Shown here piece by piece: positions 47,733 to 58,986 of a stretch of 64,000 nucleotides of DNA. The position numbers and the translations under genes were made by a program. Source of the stretch: Hyaloraphidium curvatum SAG 235-1 (Eukaryota > Fungi > Monoblepharomycota); assembly GCA_025558095.1 (NCBI GenBank), contig JAIVFI010000024.1, forward strand, positions 618,030-682,029, given 5' to 3'. Position 1 is the stretch's first letter; each line of letters opens with the position of its first letter. Under the pieces are notes generated by a model that was given only the letters and a program-made list of their open reading frames with translations, made no database searches and had not been told where the DNA came from.

Positions 47733-48809
47733 ATGTCGGGACGCGCTCTTCGGAGCTGCCCACCGGAGGTTCTGAAGGAAATCGCGCGTTTCCTGGACCC
47801 TAATGCGCGAGTCGCGCTCGCGAGCACGGGCAAGGAGATCCGCGCCGCGGTTTTGGACGTGGCCTTGCGGAGCGTCCGACCCCCAAGCTCGCGCACAGCT
47901 GCCGACTACTTCGATTCGGTGGTGCACGAAGGCACGGAGGAACTTATTCATGTGGTCACGAGGCACTTGACACTGGATCCCCAAGTTCCTTTTGGCAACG
48001 ACCCCGCCGCCCTTCACCCTGAGCTTCAGTTCCTCAAGATAGCCCTGCCGCACCTCCACAGCCTCGCCATCGGCCTTAATCCCTCATTTCGCGCGCGAGA
48101 GCTGCGCCTTCTCCTCACAAGGCACGACCCCGCGGAGCACCTAAGGCAGCTCACCCTCACCAACGTCGACCTCGCCTTCCTTCCGTCCCTCGGGATGTTG
48201 GAAGTGGTTGTCTCCCGCTTGTCGTACCTGGAGATTGGCGTAACCGGGGGCGCTAAAGTCCTGAAAGGGGTTCTGGGATGCGTTGAGAAGGCGCTCTTCC
48301 ACGGTCTCGGGTCGTGGGGTCTCCAAACATCGGAGAGAGAGCTTGCTTGTGAAATGCCCACTGAAGTGGCGCGTCGCTTGACGACGCTGAAGGCCGGGCC
48401 GCGCGTTTTCAAGCAGGTCTGCAACGCTTGTGGCGATTCGGGGACGGAGCTTCGGAGGCTCGCACTTTCGGGGATCTCGGGCTGCCGGAAGCTACTACGG
48501 GTGCAGAAACACGTGTGGTCGCTCGCGTTGCCGACCATGGAGTCTGACAACTACGCGAGGTTTACGCTTCCCAGGAACGTGGAGTACGTGGAGATCCAGA
48601 CAATAATCGTGTCATGCCGCAGTCCCATGCACGAGATTCCGGACAGCCACGTGCTTCCTGGCATTATGTCTTTGCGGAAGCTCAAGCGCGTGGAGGTGTT
48701 AGGGTTCGCGGTCAAGACGCTATCCGACCGAGCTTTGAAGCAGCGTGACCTCGAAACTCAGTGGTGGCAGGTGACTCTTCCGGCGCGTTTGCGGAATCGC
48801 ACTGTTTGA
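47733..48809 (+). CDS. F-box protein with LRR-like C-terminus
   Basis: LRSCPPEVLKEIARFLDPNARVALASTGKEIR, followed by LxxLxL repeats (LHSLAI, LRQLTL, LSYLEI, LRRLAL). Confidence 0.75.
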   Translation: MSGRALRSCPPEVLKEIARFLDPNARVALASTGKEIRAAVLDVALRSVRPPSSRTAADYFDSVVHEGTEELIHVVTRHLTLDPQVPFGNDPAALHPELQFLKIALPHLHSLAIGLNPSFRARELRLLLTRHDPAEHLRQLTLTNVDLAFLPSLGMLEVVVSRLSYLEIGVTGGAKVLKGVLGCVEKALFHGLGSWGLQTSERELACEMPTEVARRLTTLKAGPRVFKQVCNACGDSGTELRRLALSGISGCRKLLRVQKHVWSLALPTMESDNYARFTLPRNVEYVEIQTIIVSCRSPMHEIPDSHVLPGIMSLRKLKRVEVLGFAVKTLSDRALKQRDLETQWWQVTLPARLRNRTV

Positions 48810-49137
48810 AGTTGTCGGCATGTGATTGGGTGCAACGTAGTGTTTTCCAAGCGCAGTTGTGATAGAAAGCGAACATGTGCGGATCGCGAAACAGAATCTT
48901 TCCGGATCGCATACAGACAACAAGGTCGACAACGAACAGAAACCCTCAGGAAGTCATGCAGATCAATAGTGTGACACAAACGATAGCTCGCCATTCGTTC
49001 CGACATCTGGCCGACACATGAAAGAGTGTAATCATGGGCTTCAGTGGACTCACAACTGTGCGGGACGGGTCGGCGCAGTTTTGGAAAAAACACAAACACC
49101 TCCCATGCCCATGCAGAGCCCCAGGGAAACAGCGACC

Positions 49138-50271
49138 ATGGCAAAGACGCTGAACAGTTCAACTGAGCGCTCACGAGTGCTGCGGGCACGGCGGGCCGAG
49201 GAGCGCCGCCAGGTGCTGGAAAAGAAGCGCCTTCAGCAGCGCGCCCGCCGCGTGGTCGCACGGGGCATCTCGCCGCCCGTGGTCTCGGCCGACGGGACTG
49301 CCAGCGACACGGAAAATGGGGCTTCGACGGACACGCAGACGCCGGAGGCCTGGGATGGCCATCGAGCGTCTCCGGCCCACCAATTGCCCCGTTGCGCCCG
49401 CGCTCCTGGTGGCCGGGACCCGCGCGCTGTGCTGCAGGGACCTGCGGACGACCCCCGCCTGGTTGCGTTGCCTGCTGTCAACGAAGCCGGAGGCATCGGA
49501 TTCGGACTTTACGTCGCCTGTCCGTTGTGCCCAATGGCGCACTTCGACAGCTCACCGACGGCCACGTGGCGCACTAGTGCCGCCGAGGCGCAGCTGATCT
49601 TGCAGCGGTCCCTTTGTGGGCGGTCTGCCGCAGGCACCGCGTTCCGCAAGGGCGACGTGCTGGGCACCTACAAAGGAACCACGTGTGCGAAGAGCTCATG
49701 CGGGGACTATGTTCTTTTCATTCAAGCTTTGGGATTTTCGGTTGACGGGGCCAATCGAGGTTCCATCCTGCGCTTCGCCAATTATGCACAGGACCATCAG
49801 AAGCGCAATGCGGTGTTTTTGGGCAAGCCGGTCAAGGTGGAGAACCTTTGGGGGGCCCGAGTGGTCGCCTCGCGCAACATTTCCTACCATGACGAGGTTC
49901 TGCTTAACTATGCGTCGCCCGGTTTCATTGGGAACTCCATGGTCGCGCGGCTGGAACACAAACTTGACGAGAAGCCCACGCCGTGCAGGTTGCCGACACC
50001 GGTGGTGAAGGTACACCGAGTCCGGGACCCTGGTGACGGGTTCGGCCTGGAGCTCAACGTCACGCGTCAGAGCGCGTACGAAGGATGGGCACGCAGTGGA
50101 CGGCGCACCCGCAAACCGAAGCGGATCTGGATCCGCGAGAGCGAGGTTCCGGAGTCCGACGCGGAATCGCGAAGAGTGATCTCCGGCTTTCTGAAGGGGC
50201 ACCGGCCCAAGCAGCCGACTCGCGCAACATCCGCGAGGTTGTTAGGGAAGGCGAAGAAGATCGATGTATAG
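49138..50271 (+). CDS. SET-domain protein with C-terminal chromo-like segment
   Basis: GIGFGLY, FRKGDVLGTYKG, VDGANRGSILRFANY and VVASRNISYHDEVLLNY. These are followed by VVKVHRVR...ELNV...IWIRESEV...VISGF. Confidence 0.8.
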   Translation: MAKTLNSSTERSRVLRARRAEERRQVLEKKRLQQRARRVVARGISPPVVSADGTASDTENGASTDTQTPEAWDGHRASPAHQLPRCARAPGGRDPRAVLQGPADDPRLVALPAVNEAGGIGFGLYVACPLCPMAHFDSSPTATWRTSAAEAQLILQRSLCGRSAAGTAFRKGDVLGTYKGTTCAKSSCGDYVLFIQALGFSVDGANRGSILRFANYAQDHQKRNAVFLGKPVKVENLWGARVVASRNISYHDEVLLNYASPGFIGNSMVARLEHKLDEKPTPCRLPTPVVKVHRVRDPGDGFGLELNVTRQSAYEGWARSGRRTRKPKRIWIRESEVPESDAESRRVISGFLKGHRPKQPTRATSARLLGKAKKIDV

Positions 50272-50477
50272 GTTCTTCTTCCTAAAGTCTGCTTGCCTTC
50301 CGCATGCAGTCCGCTTTCTGTCCGCATCAACTCTGCATCACATCTACTTGGCGTTAGGTCGCCGGCGTCCAAACTAACCACCTCTCTGTGCACGTGCCTT
50401 TGGAGGTGTCTCTTAGAGACCCGTGGAGGTTCCAAAGAACCGATTCGGAAGGCGAGGGCGACGCAAAGTACGAATTG

Positions 50478-52449
50478 TTAAGAAAACATTTCGCCGGTCT
50501 CCGTAATGCCCAGCCAGCACCTAAGGTGCCCCATCCGTGCTTGCTCGTCGTCATATGTACCGCCTGCCACCCACTGGTCGAGGGCTATGTAATGATCAAG
50601 GCCGGCCTCCAAAGGGAACGAGAACACCTCTCTCGCGATGCCGTAGAGCTCCGGGAATCGCTCGCGGTTTTCCTGTGACAAAGGGTGCGTCAATCGGCCT
50701 TCCCAGGCTGCCCTCTGGCGAAACACTACGCGTCCTACCTTCCAATAGCCGGGGATGTCGATCAGTTCCTCGCGGTTGGCACTGACCGACTCGTTGATGT
50801 AGACCACGGCCTCGCTCTTGCCGTGGTTCTGCCGACGAGCCTGTACCGCGAAATCCTCGATATCTTGGAGATGGTTATGCCTAAGTGAAGCGCGCGGCTT
50901 GGTGTACGGACGCGCGGTGGCGACGGGAGCGGCGTCGTTTGTGATCGCGCTTGCTGCTGAAATGAGCATTTCCATGGCGGTCTTCTTGTACGATTCCAGT
51001 TGCGACCGGATGACGGCATGCTTTAAGGCGTCTTGGACGGCGGCAATCTTTCGGGACAGCCACGTGAGCCTCATGTTCGGGTTAAGCACTGCCCAGGACC
51101 GCAAGATCAATAGGAGCCCTCGAATGGACCAGTCGCGACAACGCTGCTGGAAGCTCACCCATACAAAGGAGGACATAACGCTCGTTCGATTCAATTGCAG
51201 ACTTGAGTTCCTTGTCTGCCGTACTTAGGAGCTCGGCAGCTTGCTCCAGCTGCAGTTTTGGGAGGTCTGCAAGGCCGCGACTCTTGGTCCGGTCAATCAG
51301 ATCCACTTGGGCATCATGCAATAGGACTCGTAAGTCAATCAGTGCCGCTGCAATGAGCCCGCGTTGATGTAGGCGTCGACCGTCGTCCCTCGGAGTGTCC
51401 CGCAGATCGTAATCTTGCACAGCTTCCCAAGCGTTGACGAGCGCTTGCCTTGGCGAGCAAGTGGTGAAACGAAAATCGAGTCAGCAAGCATCGACATGCA
51501 CGCATACCGCGCGCCCTCACGCACCGGAGATGAAACATAGTCGCTGGTGGCGGTAGGGAGGAGGTCGGGTAGGGCATGGCCTTTTGCGCTTTACGGACGA
51601 GCTCCCGCACCCGGAAGAGCCACGGCTTGATTCCGTAGCCGAGAAGCTCGAAGCGGTCATGCTCGAGGCGTGGGGTCTGCTGACCACTGAGGAAGCCAGG
51701 GGGGATCGCCATTGTAATTGTTACGATCTGCACGCGGGTCGTTTGTCGGTGACACAATGCGGGAGTTGCCCCAGCAGGGCGCGTGTCCTACTTCGTTCTC
51801 AAGCAGCGCCACGTGCCTGGCCAGGGGCTCGTCCACAATCATGCTCTTGATCATGTCGAACGAAACGCTCCCGTTGCGAGCGATTCGCTCGCCAACGACA
51901 GCCTGAAAAAGCTTCCAATCCTCGGACAAAAACTCGACCACGAGCTTGAGAGACGTTGGGTCTTTGACGTCCATTGCCGTACCGTCATCGGCGACGAACG
52001 AGACCAGGAGATGGCCGGAGCAGGTCTTGAGCAGGCTGGCCACGCGCCGATGAACCTCGCTGACCAGATCCGCCACAGTCGGCAGAGGAACGTCCTGGCA
52101 GACAGCGCGGATGAGGCCACGCACGGCTCCATTGTCCGGCGCGACATCCGACAGCCGGCGCCCCATCGACACGGCCAGCGAGAGCAGCGCCTGTTGCACA
52201 TTGTTGTCAGACTTTCGAATGGAACGGGATGAGAATCGGCCGCACTTTAACGAGATCCTCCTTGGTTCCGGCGGCGCGGGACTGTGCAATACCGCAGGGT
52301 TTCGGGGATGCGACAGCCGTGTCGCCGCTGCTGCCTGTGTGTGCTTCCTCGCCGAATTCGTCGACCTGACTCGTTTGTCGCGTTGGGCCAAGGGGGGGCG
52401 CCGCAGCCGCGCCGCCTTCTTCGCCGGCACCGTCCACCGAAGTAATCAT
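50478..52449 (-). CDS. Multi-exon protein ending in a hAT dimerisation-like domain
   Basis: After splicing it reads GYWK/ENRERFPELYGIAREVFSFP. The usual S...ER.FS motif is absent. The start is uncertain. Confidence 0.55.
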
Positions 52450-52663
52450 TGAACCGTTTTGTTGGGTGGCGAAGAGACCTACACTGCTGGTCGATGGGCT
52501 CCAAGGGAGTGAGGCGATCAGTGAAAACAGGGTTAGGAGTGAAAGCGGACTACATGCAGATCGCAAACAGACACAACTAGGACAAAACGGACTACAGTCA
52601 GACGGATAGCGGAGCAACGTAGCTGCGATATAGATTCCGCCATAGGCGTTCGGCAGCACATCG

Positions 52664-55600
52664 TCACACCGAATCCGGCTTCTTGATCCGCTTTTTGAGT
52701 TCCCTAGTCTTTTGTTTCCTCGCCGCACCCAGAACCTTCTCCCTTGCACGAGCTTCTGGACTCACATAATCCCGGGGATCAATCATCCAGTTGAGGTCGA
52801 GAATGTAATGCCATTCCCTGGCCATCGGGTCCGAACCCCAGTCGGTGGGCTCCAACGCGGTCGAAGCCACGGTCGGGTCACCTACCCAGCGCCTCAAAAG
52901 CCCGACGAGGCGGTCCAGGCAGGTGACAGGCACTAACATATGTTCCATGTGAGAGCCGTCTCTCTGAAACTGGAAGTATTTGATTCCCCACCCCGCCGCC
53001 GCGTCGAAACCGGCCGCCTTGATGACCGACATCCACGCAAAGGCATGCTCCTCGCCCTGCACTTCGTGCACGATGTAGTAATGCACGAAACCAAAACGTT
53101 CGACTCCAGGATGATCCGGATCGTCGAACGCAGCCATGTGGTTGAGGCGCCGTGTCCGGTTGATTGCCTGGACCCGGTGAGACACCAAAGGGAGCCGTCT
53201 CGCGGGCTTCCCCGAAGACATCACCGAGCCAAAAGTCGCCTTGCCCGGTAGTTCAAGCCTGGCAAACTGGCGAAAGGCGCGGGAGATGTCGTCTTTGGCA
53301 AGATACCCCCCCCAGGTGCCACCCTTTCGGTAGTATCGGAGGAGCGCTTTGATCTGAACCTTTTTGAGGCCCTACCGCCGTGTGCGGGGACGTTGTTTGG
53401 ATGCTTAGTGCCCCAGAAAACGGTTATTGCAACCAACCAACCTCTTCTTCCCGGTGTACCCGGTACGGCCATCGCAATTCGAAGCCTGTGCCGGTGTAGA
53501 TCTTTCCGAACTGTTTCCGCTGGAGCTTTCGCTGGTCGACGAAGGCTGTCTCCATTCGAGGGTCCATCTTCACCAGCTCAAGCCGAGTTTGGCCCTGAAC
53601 TTTGCCGGCCATGTCCGCTATGGGCGCCCGGCGGTTGTCGACCAATTGTTGCAAAACGTTGATCTTTCGCTCTGTTTGGAATTGGGACGTTGCCCACGGA
53701 GCCCCGTTACAATCGACCCGCTCCGCAAAATGCAGGAACGTGTGCAGATTGTACGTGCAGACGTCACCCATGACCTCCTCGGATCGATCATAGCACGTCC
53801 TGAGCAGCAGAGCGAGGTGGGGGCGGCGGGTGCGTGTTACTGGTAATACTAAATGCTGAGAATCACGCACCCACCCCTCGCGCCAGAGAACGTATCTTAA
53901 GCAAGCCTCGTGCAAAAGACCGGTATCCACGCGGTGCTTCGCCGTGAGCTGTCCAATTCGAACAAGCCACGCGATGCCCTCAAAGTCCTCGGGGAGCAGG
54001 CGATCATGGAGGAGGGGAACATAGTACAGTTTCAAGAGGGTGAACCACTCCTCCGTCTTGTACCCATTCTCGTGGACCAAGCTGCGGGGAACGCGCCCGA
54101 AACAGCTTGGGAGGAGAAGCGCCGAAGCCACGATATCATGGTCCATCTCCTCGATCTGACGAGGTGTCAGACGGCATCTGGCGGATGGAGTGTCCCTGGA
54201 GTTGACGGCCGTGTTGTACTCCTGCGTCGTCATCCCTTGGCAGTGGTGCGAGGAATCCGTGATGTGGGTGGGTTTGACGTTGATCTTGTGCTTCTTGGCC
54301 ATCTCCTTCGCGAACTTTTTCCATTCTTTCTTCCCCATCTTCGGCTTCAGTGTTCTCTGGTAAAGGCGTTGGACGTTGCCAGCAACCTGGTGCATCCGGT
54401 CGTACGCGAGGCAGTGCGGAAGCCGCATCGCGCCGAACGCAGTGCGCGTGACCGGGAGACCCTGATTCGAGAAGCAAATGTCGAACACGGAGCGACGCAT
54501 GATACCTGCGGTACCAGCAGCAGCAGGAGGCGAGCGCCAAGTCAGGTACGCGAGCTTATCTCGCCGCCGCCGGTGCACGCACCCGTTTCCTTCTGGATCT
54601 TGTCAATTGCCGCTTTGGGAGCCTCAAGTCGGGCGTACGTCGAAGCATACGTCTCGACAGTGTACATCGGAAGGTTCTCCGGGTCGTAGTCGATCCGGCC
54701 TCCACGCTTCCCGTAGGCCTCACTCAGCTTCACGTTTGCCACGTCCGGCAGGTGAAGGCACGGGCACCGCCCGTACCCAACCAATCCACAGAACATACAA
54801 GATACGGTCGCGTTGTGTCCCCGAGACCCTGCCATCTTCTTGATGTGCGGCGCATCTGCTTGCACCATGTACGCGTGGCCGCGCATAGTAAAAGTGACCC
54901 CGTCGGACGCATCCTTGACCCCGGGCACACCTTCTGCCAGCTGCTGCAGCTCCTCCCGCAGCGGGCGGATGACCGACTCGTGATCCCACTTCATCCCACC
55001 GGGGAGGAGCATGCAGAGGTGCTGACCACCATCAACAGTTCGGATGCCGGGCGGGAGGTTGGATATCTTGGCAAGCACGGGTTCGAACGTGTTCTTCGCC
55101 CTGTTATTGTGGTCGGATCAGTCCATCCACACGGATTGGATGGTAGGATGAACTCACTGCTTGAACATTTCGGCGGGATCACCGCTGATCTCGAGCCAGA
55201 CGGTGCGGGGATCGAGATTTCCAGAGTCGTCATTCGCGAATCCTTCGTCGATCAGTCGCTGGAACTCCGTTCCGTCAAATACGTCCCCAACGACACGGCC
55301 TGCTGCTGGGCGCTGCTGTGACGGCTGTGACTGCGGCTGCGGCTGCAGTTTCTGCTTTCCCTTCCCTTGTTTTCCCCCCTGACGCGCATGTTCCTGCTCT
55401 CGCTCGGCAGCAGCCTGCTGCTGTTCGATCTCGTGCTGCAACCGCCCCAACATCTCGGTGAAATAGCCGTACCACCATTTGAGTTCTTTAGCCCGGCCCA
55501 AGTGGCCGAACATGGCTCGCAGGACGGGGATTATGGGGAAGTAGAAAGCGTACTTGTGTGCTGTACCAGTGTCTCCACGGCGGTCGGAAGGATGCCTGAG

Positions 55601-56656
55601 GTATCGGGCAGCTTGGCAGATGGGGCAGGCAACGGCCTTGGCCAAGTCCATGCCACTCCTGCTGTCAATGCCATGGAAAAGTACGCATCCGTTGCGGCAA
55701 ACATGATGTCCTGTGGGTAGCGCAATAAGGAGCCGATCACGCACGGTAGAGAGAGTGGTCTCACTCTCGTAAGCATAACCCCCCGAGAGTGCGGCAAGCC
55801 GCACCCCGGCCATGTAGCGGGACACCGATGCATCACCGAGAAGGTTGGTCATGAAGTCGGTGTAATGGTCTTCTGTCCCTTTGTATTCCACGTGAAGCCG
55901 TTCCGCGGTGAGAAATCGTATTACGTGCTCGTCGGACTTGAAGCTCGGGTGAGCCGTCTGGATGGAACCGCTGCCCTGGAAAGAGAAGAAAAAGTCCTTG
56001 GCATTGTCCGCCGCTGCTTCCTCCTCCCTTTTCCGGTGTTCCATCCGCCGCCGATGCTCCTCTTCGTTTGCCTTCCTCCAGTCCTCCTGGGATTCCTCAA
56101 TTCCTTGAAGAAAGGCCTCATCATCGCTTCCGTAGTCCGATTCTGCGAAATCCGACTCGTGGAAATCGTTCAGTTCCGCGTCGGGTTCCGTGTCTGAGTC
56201 TGATTCCAGTGCAGAGTCGGATTCCGATTCATGTGCAGATCCGAAGGCAGAGTCCGAAGCAGACGTCTCGGATCCACTATCCGCAAAGTCGGAACCAGCC
56301 GTCTCGTTTGTCTGGCCCGCAGGCGTGGTCACGTCCGGAGCCTTTTGCGCCGGATCATGGATGGGAGAAGGGTCGGCGACCTCGCCGGGGGGCGACGGTG
56401 CAAAGTCATCAGCAGATGCACCCCACGTAGAGGCTGTGAGGACTCTTCGCTCGGCGGAATCGTTGGTATAGTGTTTCCGTGAAAACCACGCTTTCGCCGA
56501 GAAGTGCGTCGCCAGGAGATCACCAAGGGCCGGATCCCCGTCCGCGAGGGAGCCCCACTCGTGGCACACGCCTCTCTCGTTCACGTGTTTCTTGATGGTT
56601 CTATTCAGATGGGCATGCGTGCCACGACAGCCTGAACAAGGGCACCGGCTTCTCAT
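52664..56656 (-). CDS. CACTA/EnSpm transposase (Transposase_21 / DUF4218-type), multi-exon
   Basis: CPCSGC, CRNGC..CPICQAARY, YFPIIPVLRAMF, DVFDG, ISGD, NLPPGIR, RPLREELQQL, ADAP..KMAG..GHNA...CMFC, DRMH, GYKTEEW and HTFLH...GAPWATSQFQTER. Confidence 0.93.
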
Positions 56657-56788
56657 CGGTATCAGCGCACAGAAAAGGGGTCGGATTGTGTGCCTCGAGA
56701 AAACTAGCGCCGGCCGACGAGAATGTGAAACCTAGCCTCAAACTGGTAGGTTATGGGATTGGGAAGCAAAGCGGATGGCAAGTAGATA

Positions 56789-57581
56789 GTGAGCAGATCA
56801 AAAGCGGACTCCATGCGGACACAAAACGGTATCGCAGCGGATCGCGTCTTCGCGGGGCTCGCCAAACAGACTCTGGTTCTCTGGAAAACTATGTCATCCG
56901 AAACCTCGTCACCGGCGGCGGTCGGCCCGGCCGAGCGTCGCCGGCTCCGCCGCGAAGCCGCTGGCAAGACCGCGGGCGCGCGTTCCGGCGACGAAGAGGA
57001 CGCGGAACCGCCGTCGAAACGGCGGCTCAGGAAAAAGGAGACGGCTCCCGACGACACGCAGACGGACCTTGAGCTGGCGTAATTTTCCCGACTTGCGCCG
57101 AACGTCTGCTGCGCTTGGTGGCAACGCCCCCAAGGAGGCCGCCCGACCGGCAAGCAACGGCAGCCGCGGCTCGAAAGCGGCAGTTCCAGGACCGGCCGGG
57201 CCGCGGCGCTCTGATCAACGCGGCCGGGCGGTGGCCACGGTGAGCCGATGGCTGGATCTGGCAGCGGTCGACGACGACGCGGGACCCGGCGCGTCCCCGG
57301 GTGATTCGGCCTACGAAGACACCCACGAACTGGACACGTCCTCCCCCGGAGAGGTGGGCTCCCCGTGGCGGAACTCGCCCTCGTTCCACCGCGAGCTGGA
57401 TGCTCGCAGGGCAAAGGAGGAGGCGAAAAGAACGCGGGACGATCAACGGCAGGCGCGTTGGGGGCGCGGAAGCCGCTCCACACGAGGCGCGAGAGCCTTT
57501 GGCACCGGCGCCCCGCCGTACCTCCCCTCTTCCGATGGAATCGATCGGATCTCATCTTCTGCGGCAAGCAGCCTCGATTGA
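56789..57581 (+). CDS. Low-complexity hypothetical protein divergent from the transposase
   Basis: Charged ORFs with an NLS-like PPSKRRLRKK, probably joined by an intron near 57079. Confidence 0.35.
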
Positions 57582-57928
57582 AAGGGAACCCGCTGCGCCG
57601 GGCACGCCAGCCCTCGTTGGGGCGCAGCACCCGCATCGACGGACAGGTTGGCGAGCCACGCACGGTGGCCATCGGCATAGGCAAAGCAAGCTAAGCTACA
57701 TTGTTGGTTATACTCCCTGTACAAATAGGATTACCCAACAAGTTTCGTCGGACGTGTTCTGGGCGCCATCTGCTGTGATTCCACGTCGCGTTGCCCCGCA
57801 TCGGTTCGGTAAACGCTGCCACCAGAAGCCGGACGACCATGGTAGCCAACCGAAAGCATCTCCCGGATTGGGCACACCCTCCTGCGAATCAGCAAGACGA
57901 TTGCAGAGGTGCCAAGGGGGAGCCTACC

Positions 57929-58831
57929 TCAGATGATGTCCAACACTATGTCCTTTACCAAATGGTGCCTGTACTTGGGAACTTCGCTCTGCCTGATCCC
58001 AGCGCCTTTGTACCATGCCTCCAGTCTCTTTTGAACGATTGCTGCATTCCACGGACCCCAAGTGTGGGGCCCTCCTCCTTCCAAGGTGAGCGATGCGAAC
58101 AGCTCGACGTGGGCCATAGCAAACACCATGCATGCAGACCCGTCGAGCTGCTTGGCGTCGCCGACGTCCAAATCAATGTCCAAGTACGATTCCTCCTTCG
58201 CCACCTCGTAGCCCTCGATGCGGAGGATCGAGTGCACCACCTGTTCGACGCCTCTGGCATCCCGAAGTACCCCTGCCCGTGAACCAGACCGCGAGAGGAG
58301 ATCCAAAGCGAACGTGAAGGTGCCCACTCGTCCCGTGCCGGCAGTTGGGTCGAAGAAGTGGGCCATCGACGCGACAAAGATCCAATGGGACCTTTCCTTG
58401 ACAAAGAGCGGCGCGAGGAACATCCAGCAGCGTCGTGAAATGGCGAAGCGCGTTTCGCTGCGCACATGCTTCTCTTCGCGGCCGACGCCGTGCTCGTATC
58501 CCTTCGCGCGCATGTTCTGGCGGACGTATCCCTCGACGCCCACCTTCCGCCACGCTTGGTAAGCGTTGCCGGGGTTCCCCGCGGAGATGTCGACGGCAAA
58601 ACGGGTCAACTGCCCGTCGAGAAACACCACTCCGGGAAAGTACTGGGCCCTGCGCTCGAGCCACCGTTGGTAGGCTTCGTCGCCTAGCCAGGTCTCGGGC
58701 TCGAGGGGCCGCACGAGCTCCGAAACCCCAGGCTCCCGGGTTACCTTCGTGAAAACGAATCCAGTCACTGCGCCCCTTTCGTCGGCACCTAGTCCCCGAT
58801 CCCAGGGTTCGTTCCACCGGAAGTTCGCCAT
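57929..58831 (-). CDS. Ulp1-like (C48) cysteine protease
   Basis: WLGDEA, APLF...SHWIFV, ALDLL and KQLDGSACMVF give the H-D-Q-C order of Ulp1/SENP proteases. Confidence 0.72.
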   Translation of the reverse strand: MANFRWNEPWDRGLGADERGAVTGFVFTKVTREPGVSELVRPLEPETWLGDEAYQRWLERRAQYFPGVVFLDGQLTRFAVDISAGNPGNAYQAWRKVGVEGYVRQNMRAKGYEHGVGREEKHVRSETRFAISRRCWMFLAPLFVKERSHWIFVASMAHFFDPTAGTGRVGTFTFALDLLSRSGSRAGVLRDARGVEQVVHSILRIEGYEVAKEESYLDIDLDVGDAKQLDGSACMVFAMAHVELFASLTLEGGGPHTWGPWNAAIVQKRLEAWYKGAGIRQSEVPKYRHHLVKDIVLDII

Positions 58832-58986
58832 GGCCCCAGATGGTACGTCTCGAGAACCCGACCTTAAGAATTTGATGTGTCGTTCGTTCGCTGCTCATCC
58901 CTTTTCGTTCCCTTTCCATTCTGCTTCTTTCCCGCAACCGGCTTCTTTCCCGCAACCGGCTTCTTCCTCCGCTCGCGCTCGACGCG

